Below, piece after piece: positions 50,870 to 59,099 of a DNA stretch of 64,000 nucleotides. Position numbers and translations under genes: made by a program. The stretch is from Candidatus Gottesmanbacteria bacterium (GTDB lineage: Bacteria; Patescibacteriota; Microgenomatia; 2-02-FULL-39-11): assembly GCA_016195685.1 (NCBI GenBank), contig JACPZE010000003.1, positions 899-64,898 on the forward strand. Reading direction: 5' to 3'. Numbering within the stretch: position 1 is the stretch's first letter; each line of letters begins with the position of its first letter. The notes under the pieces were generated by a model. The model made no database searches. It saw only the letters and a list, made by a program, of their open reading frames with translations, and was not told where the DNA came from.

Positions 50870-51110
50870 CTTCCACAAAAAAGTCCTCTCCTCCGCCAAC
50901 TGGCGGATTCAAGGACGTTAAGTTTAACGTGGTACCACCTTGTTTTTGGTCTTTAAAAAAGCACAACATTTAGTTGTGCGTCTTAAAAACTCTTTTAATG
51001 CTCCTTCCCGCTTGGCGGGATGACACACTTTGTTTTATTTTTACGGTTAAACTTCCGGAATGCTTATCGCATTCAGCTCATCTAGCGGGAAACTAGACTA
51101 TAGCGCTTTT
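50870..51110 (-). promoter_or_regulatory. T-box-type riboswitch leader (candidate tRNA-Pro-responsive) controlling ocd-csaA-proS
   Basis: minus strand: -35 TTGACA; Stem-III-like hairpin GCACAAC-UAAAU-GUUGUGC; T-box core AAGGUGGUACCACG; terminator hairpin (GUCC..CCGCC-AGUU-GGCGG..GGAC) followed by UUUUUU, 45 nt before the start codon. Confidence 0.6.
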
Positions 51111-51151
51111 ATTTATTCTATTATACTACAAACTGTCAACTCACTCACTTA

Positions 51152-52309
51152 TTATTTTATAAATATTCTTACAATATCGTTGAAAGTTACAAAAAGCATA
51201 AGAGCCAAAAGTAAAGCCATCCCTATCTGATGTATATGACGCTCCCAGTTGGCCTTTACCTTCTTACCGGTAATGCCTTCGATTACTACAAAAAGTAATC
51301 TTCCACCGTCAAGAGCCGGAAACGGCAATACGTTAAAAATAGCCAGGCTTATCGTCATCAAAGCCATAAGTTGAACTATGTTAAAAAATGCTTCAAAACC
51401 TCCGATTTTTAGAAAACTACCTATAACATTAAATATCCCGACTGGCCCGGATAAATTTTTTGCAATCGGATCAACCGTCCTGGTAGCTACAGAAGTACTG
51501 ATCAAAGTACCCAAAACTTTCATAGTATAAACACCCATGTCATAGGTCAGCGTAAATCCGGATATCAATTTTTGAGAAAAAGCCGGATAAGATATTTCCA
51601 ATACATCGGCTATTTTTATACCCATCGGTCCCTCGCCTTTCGGCGGATTCGCACGAGGTATAGCAAAAACATTTCGGGGATTTATAGGAATTTGGTGATA
51701 TAACTTTATATTTATGCTTTTTCCTGACTTTTGCTTCGTAACGTTCATCATTCCTTCGGATCCATTTATATCTTGACCATCTACCGAAACCAATATATCC
51801 CCATCTTTGATACCTGCTAAATCAGATGGGGATCCTTTTGCAACATCAGTCACAATCACTCTTTTTGCTTGAAGGGCATTGTGAAAATTATATTTGGCAA
51901 AATCCGGCACAAATGTTTTAAATGATGAAAGAGACAACATCATGTACAATAGGACCACCCCCAATACCAAATTCATCGTCACTCCGGCCAGAAGTATCGC
52001 AGCTCTAGCCCAAGGAGTTTTGTGGACAAACGAGGCCGGGTTACTACGCTCTTCATCGCCCTCTTCTCCCAAAAGCCTAACAAATCCTCCGAAAAGTACA
52101 GGATAAACAGCCCAGATCATCTTGTCCTTGCCTTTTTTGGAGAAAAGCGGTTTTGTGAAAGGAAGTCCAAGAGCAAATTCTTCTACTTTTACTTTAAAAA
52201 ATTTGGCAGCAAGGAAATGCCCAAACTCATGGACCAAAACTAATACTGATAAAACAACAAAAAAAATTAAAAGTACAAACAAAAATACTAAAATAGTTGG
52301 AAGAAACAT
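51152..52309 (-). CDS. rseP: RIP site-2 metalloprotease RseP (M50) with PDZ domain
   Basis: HEFGHFLAAK HExxH in TM1; PDZ; C-terminal LDGG motif region. Confidence 0.85.
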   Translation of the reverse strand: MFLPTILVFLFVLLIFFVVLSVLVLVHEFGHFLAAKFFKVKVEEFALGLPFTKPLFSKKGKDKMIWAVYPVLFGGFVRLLGEEGDEERSNPASFVHKTPWARAAILLAGVTMNLVLGVVLLYMMLSLSSFKTFVPDFAKYNFHNALQAKRVIVTDVAKGSPSDLAGIKDGDILVSVDGQDINGSEGMMNVTKQKSGKSINIKLYHQIPINPRNVFAIPRANPPKGEGPMGIKIADVLEISYPAFSQKLISGFTLTYDMGVYTMKVLGTLISTSVATRTVDPIAKNLSGPVGIFNVIGSFLKIGGFEAFFNIVQLMALMTISLAIFNVLPFPALDGGRLLFVVIEGITGKKVKANWERHIHQIGMALLLALMLFVTFNDIVRIFIK

Positions 52310-52364
52310 AGGGAAAATTTCTAATTACTAATGAAAGTTTAAATATTTTAAAATTAAAATTCTC

Positions 52365-52928
52365 TTATATCTCACTTAGCTCCTTCTCCTTATTCTCCCT
52401 CATCATGTCTATCTCTGCCATAAATTCATCTGTAAATGTCTGTATCTCCTTTTCCAGATGTTTTTTCTCATCCTCTCCTAATTCCTTAGCTTCAAATTTA
52501 TGCTTCAGTTGTACCATGGACTCATGCCTGACTTGTCTCACCATCACCCGTCCTCCTTCAACTTTAGCATGGGCTAGCTTTATGTATTCCTGGCGCCTAT
52601 CATCCGTAAGGGGCGGAATACTGATCCGAAGGATATTGCCATCGGAAGCGGCAGAATAACCTAAATTAGCCGTATTGATGCTACGCTCGATATCCCGAAT
52701 GACTGTCGGATCAAAGGGGGCGATGACTAGCATCCTCGGACCATCGGTTGTGATGGTGGCCATTTCTTTAAGTCTTAGATGTTGGGTATTATCGTAAGCA
52801 GCTATTACTAAATTCTCAATAAGGGCAGCAGTGGCCCGGCCTGTTCTTATGGTACCCAAGTCTTCGGATAGGACTTTCATGGCCTTGACCATTTTATCTT
52901 TTGTCGAAGCTAGAAACTGTTGATCCAT
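52365..52928 (-). CDS. frr: ribosome recycling factor
   Basis: RRF pattern ...DDRRQEYIKLAHAKVEGGRVMVRQVRHE. Confidence 0.9.
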   Translation of the reverse strand: MDQQFLASTKDKMVKAMKVLSEDLGTIRTGRATAALIENLVIAAYDNTQHLRLKEMATITTDGPRMLVIAPFDPTVIRDIERSINTANLGYSAASDGNILRISIPPLTDDRRQEYIKLAHAKVEGGRVMVRQVRHESMVQLKHKFEAKELGEDEKKHLEKEIQTFTDEFMAEIDMMRENKEKELSEI

Positions 52929-52977
52929 GTGTCATTAGGATAACAAGAAACAGTATGTAAAACAAGTAGAAATTATT

Positions 52978-53348
52978 TGTCATTGCGAGCGAAGCGAAGC
53001 AATCTCTATAATAAAATTAGTGAAAAAACAATATTTTGTTTATATTGCTACGAATACAACGAATCGTGTTCTTTATACAGGAGTCACTAATAACTTAATT
53101 AAAAGAAATTTCCAACATAAAAAACAGTTTATATCCAGTTTTACCTCAAAATATAAAATTAATAAACTCGTTTATTATGAAATATTCGATGATATCAATG
53201 AAGCAATTAAAAGAGAAAAACAAATTAAAGGAGGATCTCGTAAAAAGAAAATAGATTTAATAAGAAACCTGAATCCTGGTTTTATTGATTTATATGAAGA
53301 AATTATTAAGTAAAGATTGCTTCGTCGCTAACGCTCCTCGCAATGACA
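52978..53348 (+). mobile_element. compact GIY-YIG element bounded by imperfect terminal inverted repeats
   Basis: left end tgtcattgcgagcgaagcgaagcaatct (52978-53005); right end agattgcttcgtcgctaacgctcctcgcaatgaca (53314-53348); outer 12 nt and inner 11 nt are exact inverted complements. Confidence 0.5.
53020..53313 (+). CDS. small GIY-YIG nuclease-family protein (97 aa)
   Basis: GIY-YIG core YFVYIATNTTNRVLYTGVTNNLIKRNFQH and conserved downstream E/R (YYEIFDDINEAIKREKQIK). Confidence 0.7.
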   Translation: MKKQYFVYIATNTTNRVLYTGVTNNLIKRNFQHKKQFISSFTSKYKINKLVYYEIFDDINEAIKREKQIKGGSRKKKIDLIRNLNPGFIDLYEEIIK

Positions 53349-53373
53349 TAAATGAATTAGTTGAATTAGTTTA

Positions 53374-55563
53374 ATGTATACTTATATTATGAAGGAAGAA
53401 AAAGTAGTATTGGAGCTTCGGACTCCCAAAACAGCCGAGGAAACACCTGAACATATGCAGCAGGTTTTCTCCGCGCTTTTTTCCGGCGGACACATCCCCC
53501 ATTGGAAAAGGCTTTGGATAAAAGTACGCACCCTTTCTTTTGAAATCGCATCGTTTAACCAAAGCATACATTTCTATACCGTTATCCCTAGGCCTTTTAA
53601 GACCTTCATCGAAAGCCAGCTCACCAGCCAGTATCCCAAGATCCTTATATCCGAAACGCCGGATTACATGGCAAATATCACCAAAAACAGATTTTTAGCC
53701 ATAGGAAATCTGCAACAAGCCGCCCCATTTTATTACCCTATAAAAACTCATGCGGATTTTAAAGAAATTGATTCCATATCTTCTATTCTGGGTGTACTCT
53801 CCAAATTCAGCCCGGAGGAAAGCTGCGTCATACAGATGGTGATAGAACCTCCGCATTTCAACTGGCAAGGTATGATACAACGGATGGTAGACCGAGGCAT
53901 TCCCGATCCTACTACCACGGCACCCAACCGGACCAAATCATTCCCTCATGCAAGTTTGATCGAGCAGAAAGTCAAACAAAGTGGTTATCGTACCTACATC
54001 AGAATCATGGTAGGAGCAGAAGATAACAAAAAAGCCCTATCCCTTCTTTTTAATATCGCCGGATCGTATGGAGCCTTTGCCTTGGGTGAAGGCAATAGAC
54101 TTGTTCTTCGTCGTCCCAGGCTTTTTTGGAAAAAAGTCATCTACAATAGAATACTGAAGCGCGAAAAAAGCCATTATCCCAGACACCAGGTATTAAATAC
54201 AGGCGAACTGGCTACCATCTGGCATCCGCCCACGATGCTACTTGCTGGGATAAAAAATATCGTCTGGGGCAGATCACTCGTGGGAGAACCTCCCCAAAAT
54301 CTGCCTGTTGCCGCAAATATCACAGAAATTGAAAAAGGGGATATAAATTTCATCGCCCGGGCTGAATTTAAAAATACCCTCACCACTTTTGGTATAAAAA
54401 GACCGGACAGAAGAAAACACATTTACATAATAGGGAAAACCGGTACCGGTAAATCTACCATGATCGCCAATATGGCTATAAACGACATGAGGAATCGGGA
54501 AGGTCTAGCTGTCATAGACCCTCATGGAGACCTATCTGACATACTTTTAAATTATATTCCCTCATATAGGATAAACGATGTCATATATTTGGAACCTTTT
54601 GATGTGGAACATCCCTTTTGGATGAACCCGTTGGAAGTGAAAAATCCCATCCACAAAGAATTGGTCACCTCCGGAATCGTATCGATCTTTTCCAAGCTTT
54701 ATGCCAAATCCTGGGGTCCCAGGCTTGAGTATATACTGCGGAATGTCATCCTTACTCTTATGGATTATCCGGATGCCACACTGGTTATGGCTTTGGATCT
54801 TTTATCTGACCAGAATTTCCGCCAGGGAGTACTAAATAAAGTAGAAAATAAGATCCTGCAGAATTTTTGGCACAATGAATTTGACAAAATGCACCCCAGG
54901 CTTAAAAGCGAGGCTATAGCTCCAATTCAAAATAAAGTAGGCCAGTTTGTACAATCTCCCACTATACGTCAAATCATCGGACATCCTACATCTACCATAG
55001 ACCTGGAGGAAGTGATGAACCAGGGGAAAATACTGATACTGAATCTTGCACAGGGTAAATTGGGTGAAGACAACGCAGCGCTTTTGGGTGCCATGTTTAT
55101 CACCAAAATGCAATTGGCAGCCATGAACAGGGTAAATTTGCCGGAGGAACAGAGGCGTGATTTCTACCTTTATGTAGATGAGTTTCAAAACTTCGCTACC
55201 ACATCTTTTATAAAAATATTATCTGAGGCGCGGAAATACCGCCTTGATCTTATCATGGCCAACCAATACATCGGACAAGTGGAGGAAGAAGTGCAAAAAG
55301 CTATTTTTGGCAATGCCGGATCTCTTATTTCTTTTGTCATCGGCGCCCAGGATGCTAGTGCTCTGACTAAGGAATTCGGCCAGTGGTATAAAGAAGAAGA
55401 CCTTGTAAATTTGGGTTCTTATCAGATAATCATCAAACTGGCTATAGATAACCTGACTTCACTTCCATTTCACGCACTCACTTTGCCACTTCCTAAATCA
55501 AAGAATCAAAACCGCGATAAAGTCGTGCGCCTCTCCAAAGAAAGATACACTAAGAAGCCTTAG
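53374..55563 (+). CDS. FtsK/HerA/TraG-VirD4-superfamily P-loop ATPase (DUF87/T4CP-like), 729 aa
   Basis: Walker A IIGKTGTGKST followed by AVIDPHGDL; Walker B LYVDEFQNF; downstream RKYRLDLIMANQYIGQ arginine-finger/Q motif region; non-TM 340-aa N-terminal domain. Confidence 0.6.
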   Translation: MYTYIMKEEKVVLELRTPKTAEETPEHMQQVFSALFSGGHIPHWKRLWIKVRTLSFEIASFNQSIHFYTVIPRPFKTFIESQLTSQYPKILISETPDYMANITKNRFLAIGNLQQAAPFYYPIKTHADFKEIDSISSILGVLSKFSPEESCVIQMVIEPPHFNWQGMIQRMVDRGIPDPTTTAPNRTKSFPHASLIEQKVKQSGYRTYIRIMVGAEDNKKALSLLFNIAGSYGAFALGEGNRLVLRRPRLFWKKVIYNRILKREKSHYPRHQVLNTGELATIWHPPTMLLAGIKNIVWGRSLVGEPPQNLPVAANITEIEKGDINFIARAEFKNTLTTFGIKRPDRRKHIYIIGKTGTGKSTMIANMAINDMRNREGLAVIDPHGDLSDILLNYIPSYRINDVIYLEPFDVEHPFWMNPLEVKNPIHKELVTSGIVSIFSKLYAKSWGPRLEYILRNVILTLMDYPDATLVMALDLLSDQNFRQGVLNKVENKILQNFWHNEFDKMHPRLKSEAIAPIQNKVGQFVQSPTIRQIIGHPTSTIDLEEVMNQGKILILNLAQGKLGEDNAALLGAMFITKMQLAAMNRVNLPEEQRRDFYLYVDEFQNFATTSFIKILSEARKYRLDLIMANQYIGQVEEEVQKAIFGNAGSLISFVIGAQDASALTKEFGQWYKEEDLVNLGSYQIIIKLAIDNLTSLPFHALTLPLPKSKNQNRDKVVRLSKERYTKKP

Positions 55564-55647
55564 GCTATAAATACACATCCTTATACATGTTTTAATACAT
55601 ATCTCAATACTTGACAGAATATGTATTTTGTGATATGTTAGCTTTGT

Positions 55648-55902
55648 ATGGACACGATAATTATTCCCATAACGGATTTTTTAAGGAAAGCCGGAGAATA
55701 CGCGGATAGACTTCCTTCACTTGAGAAAATCATCATAACCAGAGGCGGAAGACCGTTTGCTGAATTAAAGGCATCTCCCCAGGAAAAAAATAGAAAACTC
55801 ATAGAACTTATAAAAAGTTTTAACGGTAAACTTTTTGAAAATGAAGAAGTATGGAAAGCAGTATATACCAGAAGAAATAGAAAAAAGCCCATTACAATAT
55901 AA
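55648..55902 (+). CDS. Phd/YefM-family antitoxin
   Basis: 84 aa; IIPITDFLRKAGEYADR...IIITRGGRPFAELKA typical Phd/YefM. Confidence 0.55.
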   Translation: MDTIIIPITDFLRKAGEYADRLPSLEKIIITRGGRPFAELKASPQEKNRKLIELIKSFNGKLFENEEVWKAVYTRRNRKKPITI

Positions 55903-56262
55903 ATGAATTTTTTAATTGACACCTCTATACTTATAGAAATGCTTAGGAAAAATAAAGATGTTTTGGATTTTCTAGCTAATCATCTGGAAGATAGGTTTCT
56001 CACAAGCAGTATATGTGAGGCAGAAATTTGGGAAGGAGTTTATAGAGAAAAACCGATTAATTTTGTAAAAAGAAAGAAAAATGTTGAAGTTTTATTGGAA
56101 TCCCTGACAGGGACCATTACTTTTGATTCAAATCAGGCACAGATTGCAGGACAAATAAGATCTTCCCTTTCCTTAAAGGGAGAATTGACGGGTGACCTGG
56201 ATATTTTGATAGCCGCATCTGCTGTAACAAACGATGCAACCCTATATTTAATTTACCCATAA
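55903..56262 (+). CDS. VapC-type PIN-domain toxin (C-terminus looks truncated)
   Basis: MNFLIDTSILIE PIN N-terminus; immediately follows antitoxin; ends ...TNDATLYLIYP without the usual terminal acidic motif. Confidence 0.6.
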   Translation: MNFLIDTSILIEMLRKNKDVLDFLANHLEDRFLTSSICEAEIWEGVYREKPINFVKRKKNVEVLLESLTGTITFDSNQAQIAGQIRSSLSLKGELTGDLDILIAASAVTNDATLYLIYP

Positions 56263-56290
56263 AAAAGAGGTATCAAAACCAATCCTTTTA

Positions 56291-56623
56291 TCACCTCGTC
56301 TGGTGAATGATGTCTACTCCTTCTTCTACATTTTTCACTTTATCACCAGGTGCTAAAAAACTTCTGCTAGGCCCAACGAGAATTTGTTTTTCATCTGATA
56401 TTCCGTATCCTATATCGCATATATTATTTGGGTCAGTACCAGGTAGATGAACCATTACATCCACGTGTAAAATACGCCCACTTGAAAGCTTCCCCGAAAA
56501 ACTACTATTGCCTGTAATTTGTCCATCATCGACGATAGGATTATTCTTTCCATGATCGACAAAAATTAATCGACCATGACAACGTGGTATACCAAAAGTA
56601 TATTTGATACCTTCTCTAAACAT
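56291..56623 (-). pseudogene. N-terminally truncated dCTP deaminase/dUTPase-family gene fragment
   Basis: 110 aa matching only the C-terminal two thirds of Dcd (SSGRILHVDVMVHLPGTDPNN...FLAPGDKV versus [23 protein letters not shown]...ALRPGMLIG). Confidence 0.4.
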
Positions 56624-56701
56624 ATTAAATATTATACTAAATCTATCCTATAGTTTCAACAAAACTTGACTTATACTATAGGTTATGATATAAATTGCAG
56701 T

Positions 56702-56800
56702 CTATGCGGTATCAACAGGCCGTTTTTATTGTGGACCAATTTTTTGTGAATATCACCTTTATAAAAGGCAAAGCTTCCCTTTTGCGGGAAGATTTTTGCT
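56702..56800 (+). ncRNA. candidate ~100-nt small RNA (promoter plus intrinsic terminator, no ORF)
   Basis: TTGACT(56666-56671)-17 nt-TATAAA then about 100 nt ending in hairpin cttccc-ttttgc-gggaag (56774-56791) followed by ATTTTTGCTGAATTTTG. Confidence 0.3.
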
Positions 56801-57116
56801 GAATTTTGTTGTAAGTTCCGGTCCTAAATTGTGGGTATTTGCACTCACAACCAAAAACTGAAACTTACGACTTCGGAGCAAACGCTTCGAATAGCACTTT
56901 AACAAGGGAAATAGTGAAATTTATACCTCTAAATTATCTGGTTGTAGAGCTTCACATGGCAGAAAAATCTTTTCTACCAACTGTAGCTTTACAATCGGAT
57001 GAAAAAGGGTAAATAATGTTTGGTAAATATAGTTAATATTTAAGGATAGCGCTGTTGTTATAGAAAACATAATCTCAGTGACAGAAGATCTAAATCCGAC
57101 GTCACAAGAGGTTAAA

Positions 57117-58007
57117 ATGTTTAAAAGCAAAAGCACGCGGATCGCGGTAATTCTCGCGATCATCATGTTCGTCACGACTTTCGCTTTTACCGCGAACGTC
57201 GCAAGCGCACAGGGTCCCACACCTACGAAAAGCGTTGGTAGCAACAACGTTAATCAGGACTGTTTCGACTTGAAAAGTCCGTCTGGACCCCGAACAAAAC
57301 CTGGGGGGAAAGATAGCGCCGGGAACACCTGCGTCGCTGGCTTGCTCTGGACTGACCCCCAAGGCCGGTCGCTCAACGTCCCATACAACGGATACGCACT
57401 CAGTGCATCTAGCACAACGACGGGGACGATTACGCCAGGTGTGTCACTCACGAACACGGCTCCCTCCGACAATCTGGCAGCACCAACGGGTTCGACAAGA
57501 CCGAAGTATAATGTGTGCACGTTCAACGAGGACGGCACAAAGTATACGGTCGAACCAGATGCAGCCCCGGCAGTGGTCCACGCGCCTAACGGTACAATCG
57601 TTACTTTGGCGTGCACTTGGGATGATTCTCGCGGGGCAGTACCGGATCGGTCGGAAAAAACAGCGCTCGAAGTACAAATCGAAACCTGGCGGAGTGTCCT
57701 CTGGACAGGGATCACGATGATCCTCTCCGTTGTGTTTGCGATTGGCGCGCTGGTAGCAGCTGGGTTCATCGCGGTAGCGATGGTGCATGGCGACTTGTTC
57801 CGATCGGTGCGTGACTTCTGCTCTTCATGCACATCCCTTTGGTGGGGGTGGCGGCGGAGCACCCGGTGGTGGAGAACACGCTGCGAAAGAAAACCACTAG
57901 AAGCAGGCTCCTCAATGAGTCGACTTCGCTGTACGAAAGGTACCAGAACGAAAGATAAGGGGCCGCCGGGGAGTGGAGAAGCTGTTTTGTGGACCAACAC
58001 AAAATAA
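57117..58007 (+). CDS. GC-rich (foreign-composition) secreted protein with C-terminal TM anchor
   Basis: signal peptide MFKSKSTRIAVILAIIMFVTTFAFTANVASAQ; Thr/Ser/Pro-rich ectodomain with Cys; TM helix ITMILSVVFAIGALVAAGFIAVAMV; third-codon positions mostly G/C, unlike every other gene. Confidence 0.55.
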   Translation: MFKSKSTRIAVILAIIMFVTTFAFTANVASAQGPTPTKSVGSNNVNQDCFDLKSPSGPRTKPGGKDSAGNTCVAGLLWTDPQGRSLNVPYNGYALSASSTTTGTITPGVSLTNTAPSDNLAAPTGSTRPKYNVCTFNEDGTKYTVEPDAAPAVVHAPNGTIVTLACTWDDSRGAVPDRSEKTALEVQIETWRSVLWTGITMILSVVFAIGALVAAGFIAVAMVHGDLFRSVRDFCSSCTSLWWGWRRSTRWWRTRCERKPLEAGSSMSRLRCTKGTRTKDKGPPGSGEAVLWTNTK

Positions 58008-58176
58008 ATGCGGTTCACCGCAGCTTCCTCCGCCTTCGGCGCGACATCACAACCAAACATCATCACTATTTCCCTTATCTTTCAAATCTTCAGAATTCTG
58101 GAAGTTTGGGAGATAGGACAGAACAATTTCTAATTACTGATTTTTAATTTCTAATAAATTTAGATTGGAAATTGGG

Positions 58177-58422
58177 TTAATTTTGGGGTACGATTTCGAG
58201 GCGTTCTTCTATAAGTTCAACTCTCTTCCGGAGATCGAGATACTCTTTGTCGAAAAAATCAGCGATTGTACTTATATCTTTACGGATTTTTGTATTATCT
58301 TTTTTTATCACCTTCACATCTGATTTTAAAGCATTCAAATCAGTTTTTATGGGATGAAGTTCTTCTTTAATAAATTTCATTAAAGTATTTCTAATAGATA
58401 GAAGATCAATTTTTGTCAACAT
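58177..58422 (-). CDS. small coiled-coil hypothetical protein (81 aa)
   Basis: ORF only; its promoter and first 11 codons are duplicated 580 bp away. Confidence 0.4.
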   Translation of the reverse strand: MLTKIDLLSIRNTLMKFIKEELHPIKTDLNALKSDVKVIKKDNTKIRKDISTIADFFDKEYLDLRKRVELIEERLEIVPQN

Positions 58423-58511
58423 GAAAAGATATTACCAAGTGAAAATTACGAAGTCAATTACTAATCAGAAGAATTGCATTTGACAAAAAAGTTAAAAGCA
58501 GGAAAATAGAG

Positions 58512-58949
58512 GTGCTTATGACCGATCATAGAATTGATGCGGATAGAATCGGTGAAGTAGCAGCTAAATACCGGTCGAAATTGGATTATCATCAAAGAGA
58601 CGTTGTTCAGAGTTTCGATATTTTTGTTTACAGAAATGCTTCTAGAATAATTAATAACCCCAGAGGTGACCAATCTCCGGTAGGTTTGAATTGGGCACAT
58701 CAATCTGAAGCAAAAACGACCGCAGATACATTAAGAGCAGATTTACAAAGAGCTCGAGTTTTTAAAAAAATTCCACTAAGTGCACTAATTTATTTTACCG
58801 CCGGAGATATAATCGCATACCAACAAGAAAATATAAGAGATCCCAGAAGAAGGGAATATCCCCATGTCATTTTGCAAAGTGTTGCTTTTGATGTAGTTGG
58901 AGTAATTTTTCCTAATAATGGATTGAGAAGAGATATACCGAATTGGTAA
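58512..58949 (+). CDS. hypothetical protein (145 aa) between duplicated segments
   Basis: ORF only; no domain recognised. Confidence 0.3.
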   Translation: MLMTDHRIDADRIGEVAAKYRSKLDYHQRDVVQSFDIFVYRNASRIINNPRGDQSPVGLNWAHQSEAKTTADTLRADLQRARVFKKIPLSALIYFTAGDIIAYQQENIRDPRRREYPHVILQSVAFDVVGVIFPNNGLRRDIPNW

Positions 58950-58974
58950 GGTGAATCCTTATTGTATTTCTGAT

Positions 58975-59038
58975 AGATAAAAGATCGATTTTTATCAGCA
59001 TGAGGAAATATTATCAAGTGAAAATTGTGAAGTCAATA
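58975..59038 (-). repeat. second copy of a ~65-nt promoter/5'-CDS segment (first copy 58397-58460)
   Basis: about 85 % identity; copy 2 encodes MLIKIDLLSIRNT then stops after 29 codons (copy 1 begins MLTKIDLLSIRNT). Confidence 0.6.
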
Positions 59039-59099
59039 AGTTTGTTAGAAAAAAAGAAGAAAAATTATTTCCCACCTAATTGATAGCGAATGAAGTAGA

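Noticed and set aside
50834-51151. Alternative identities for the structured rseP-ocd intergenic RNA (SRP RNA, tmRNA, RNase P RNA, 6S)
   Set aside because: No GGAA-tetraloop domain IV of SRP RNA and no tRNA-like T-arm/CCA end or tag ORF for tmRNA. It is too short for RNase P RNA. The GGUGGUACC core plus terminator immediately upstream of an aa-tRNA-synthetase operon fits a T-box best.
58021-58045. 13-nt match ccttcggcgcgac shared with 62888-62910 (LemA 3' end)
   Set aside because: A short GC-rich match; similar-length exact repeats are expected by chance in 64 kb. One copy is coding in LemA and the contexts are unrelated.
57254-58066. Long antisense and alternative-frame ORFs (57254..58066, 57444..57788, 57403..57720, 57766..58002, 57102..57362) across the GC-rich segment
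   Set aside because: High GC suppresses stop codons in all frames. Only the plus-frame ORF has a signal peptide/TM architecture and a sensible start. The others are compositional artefacts.
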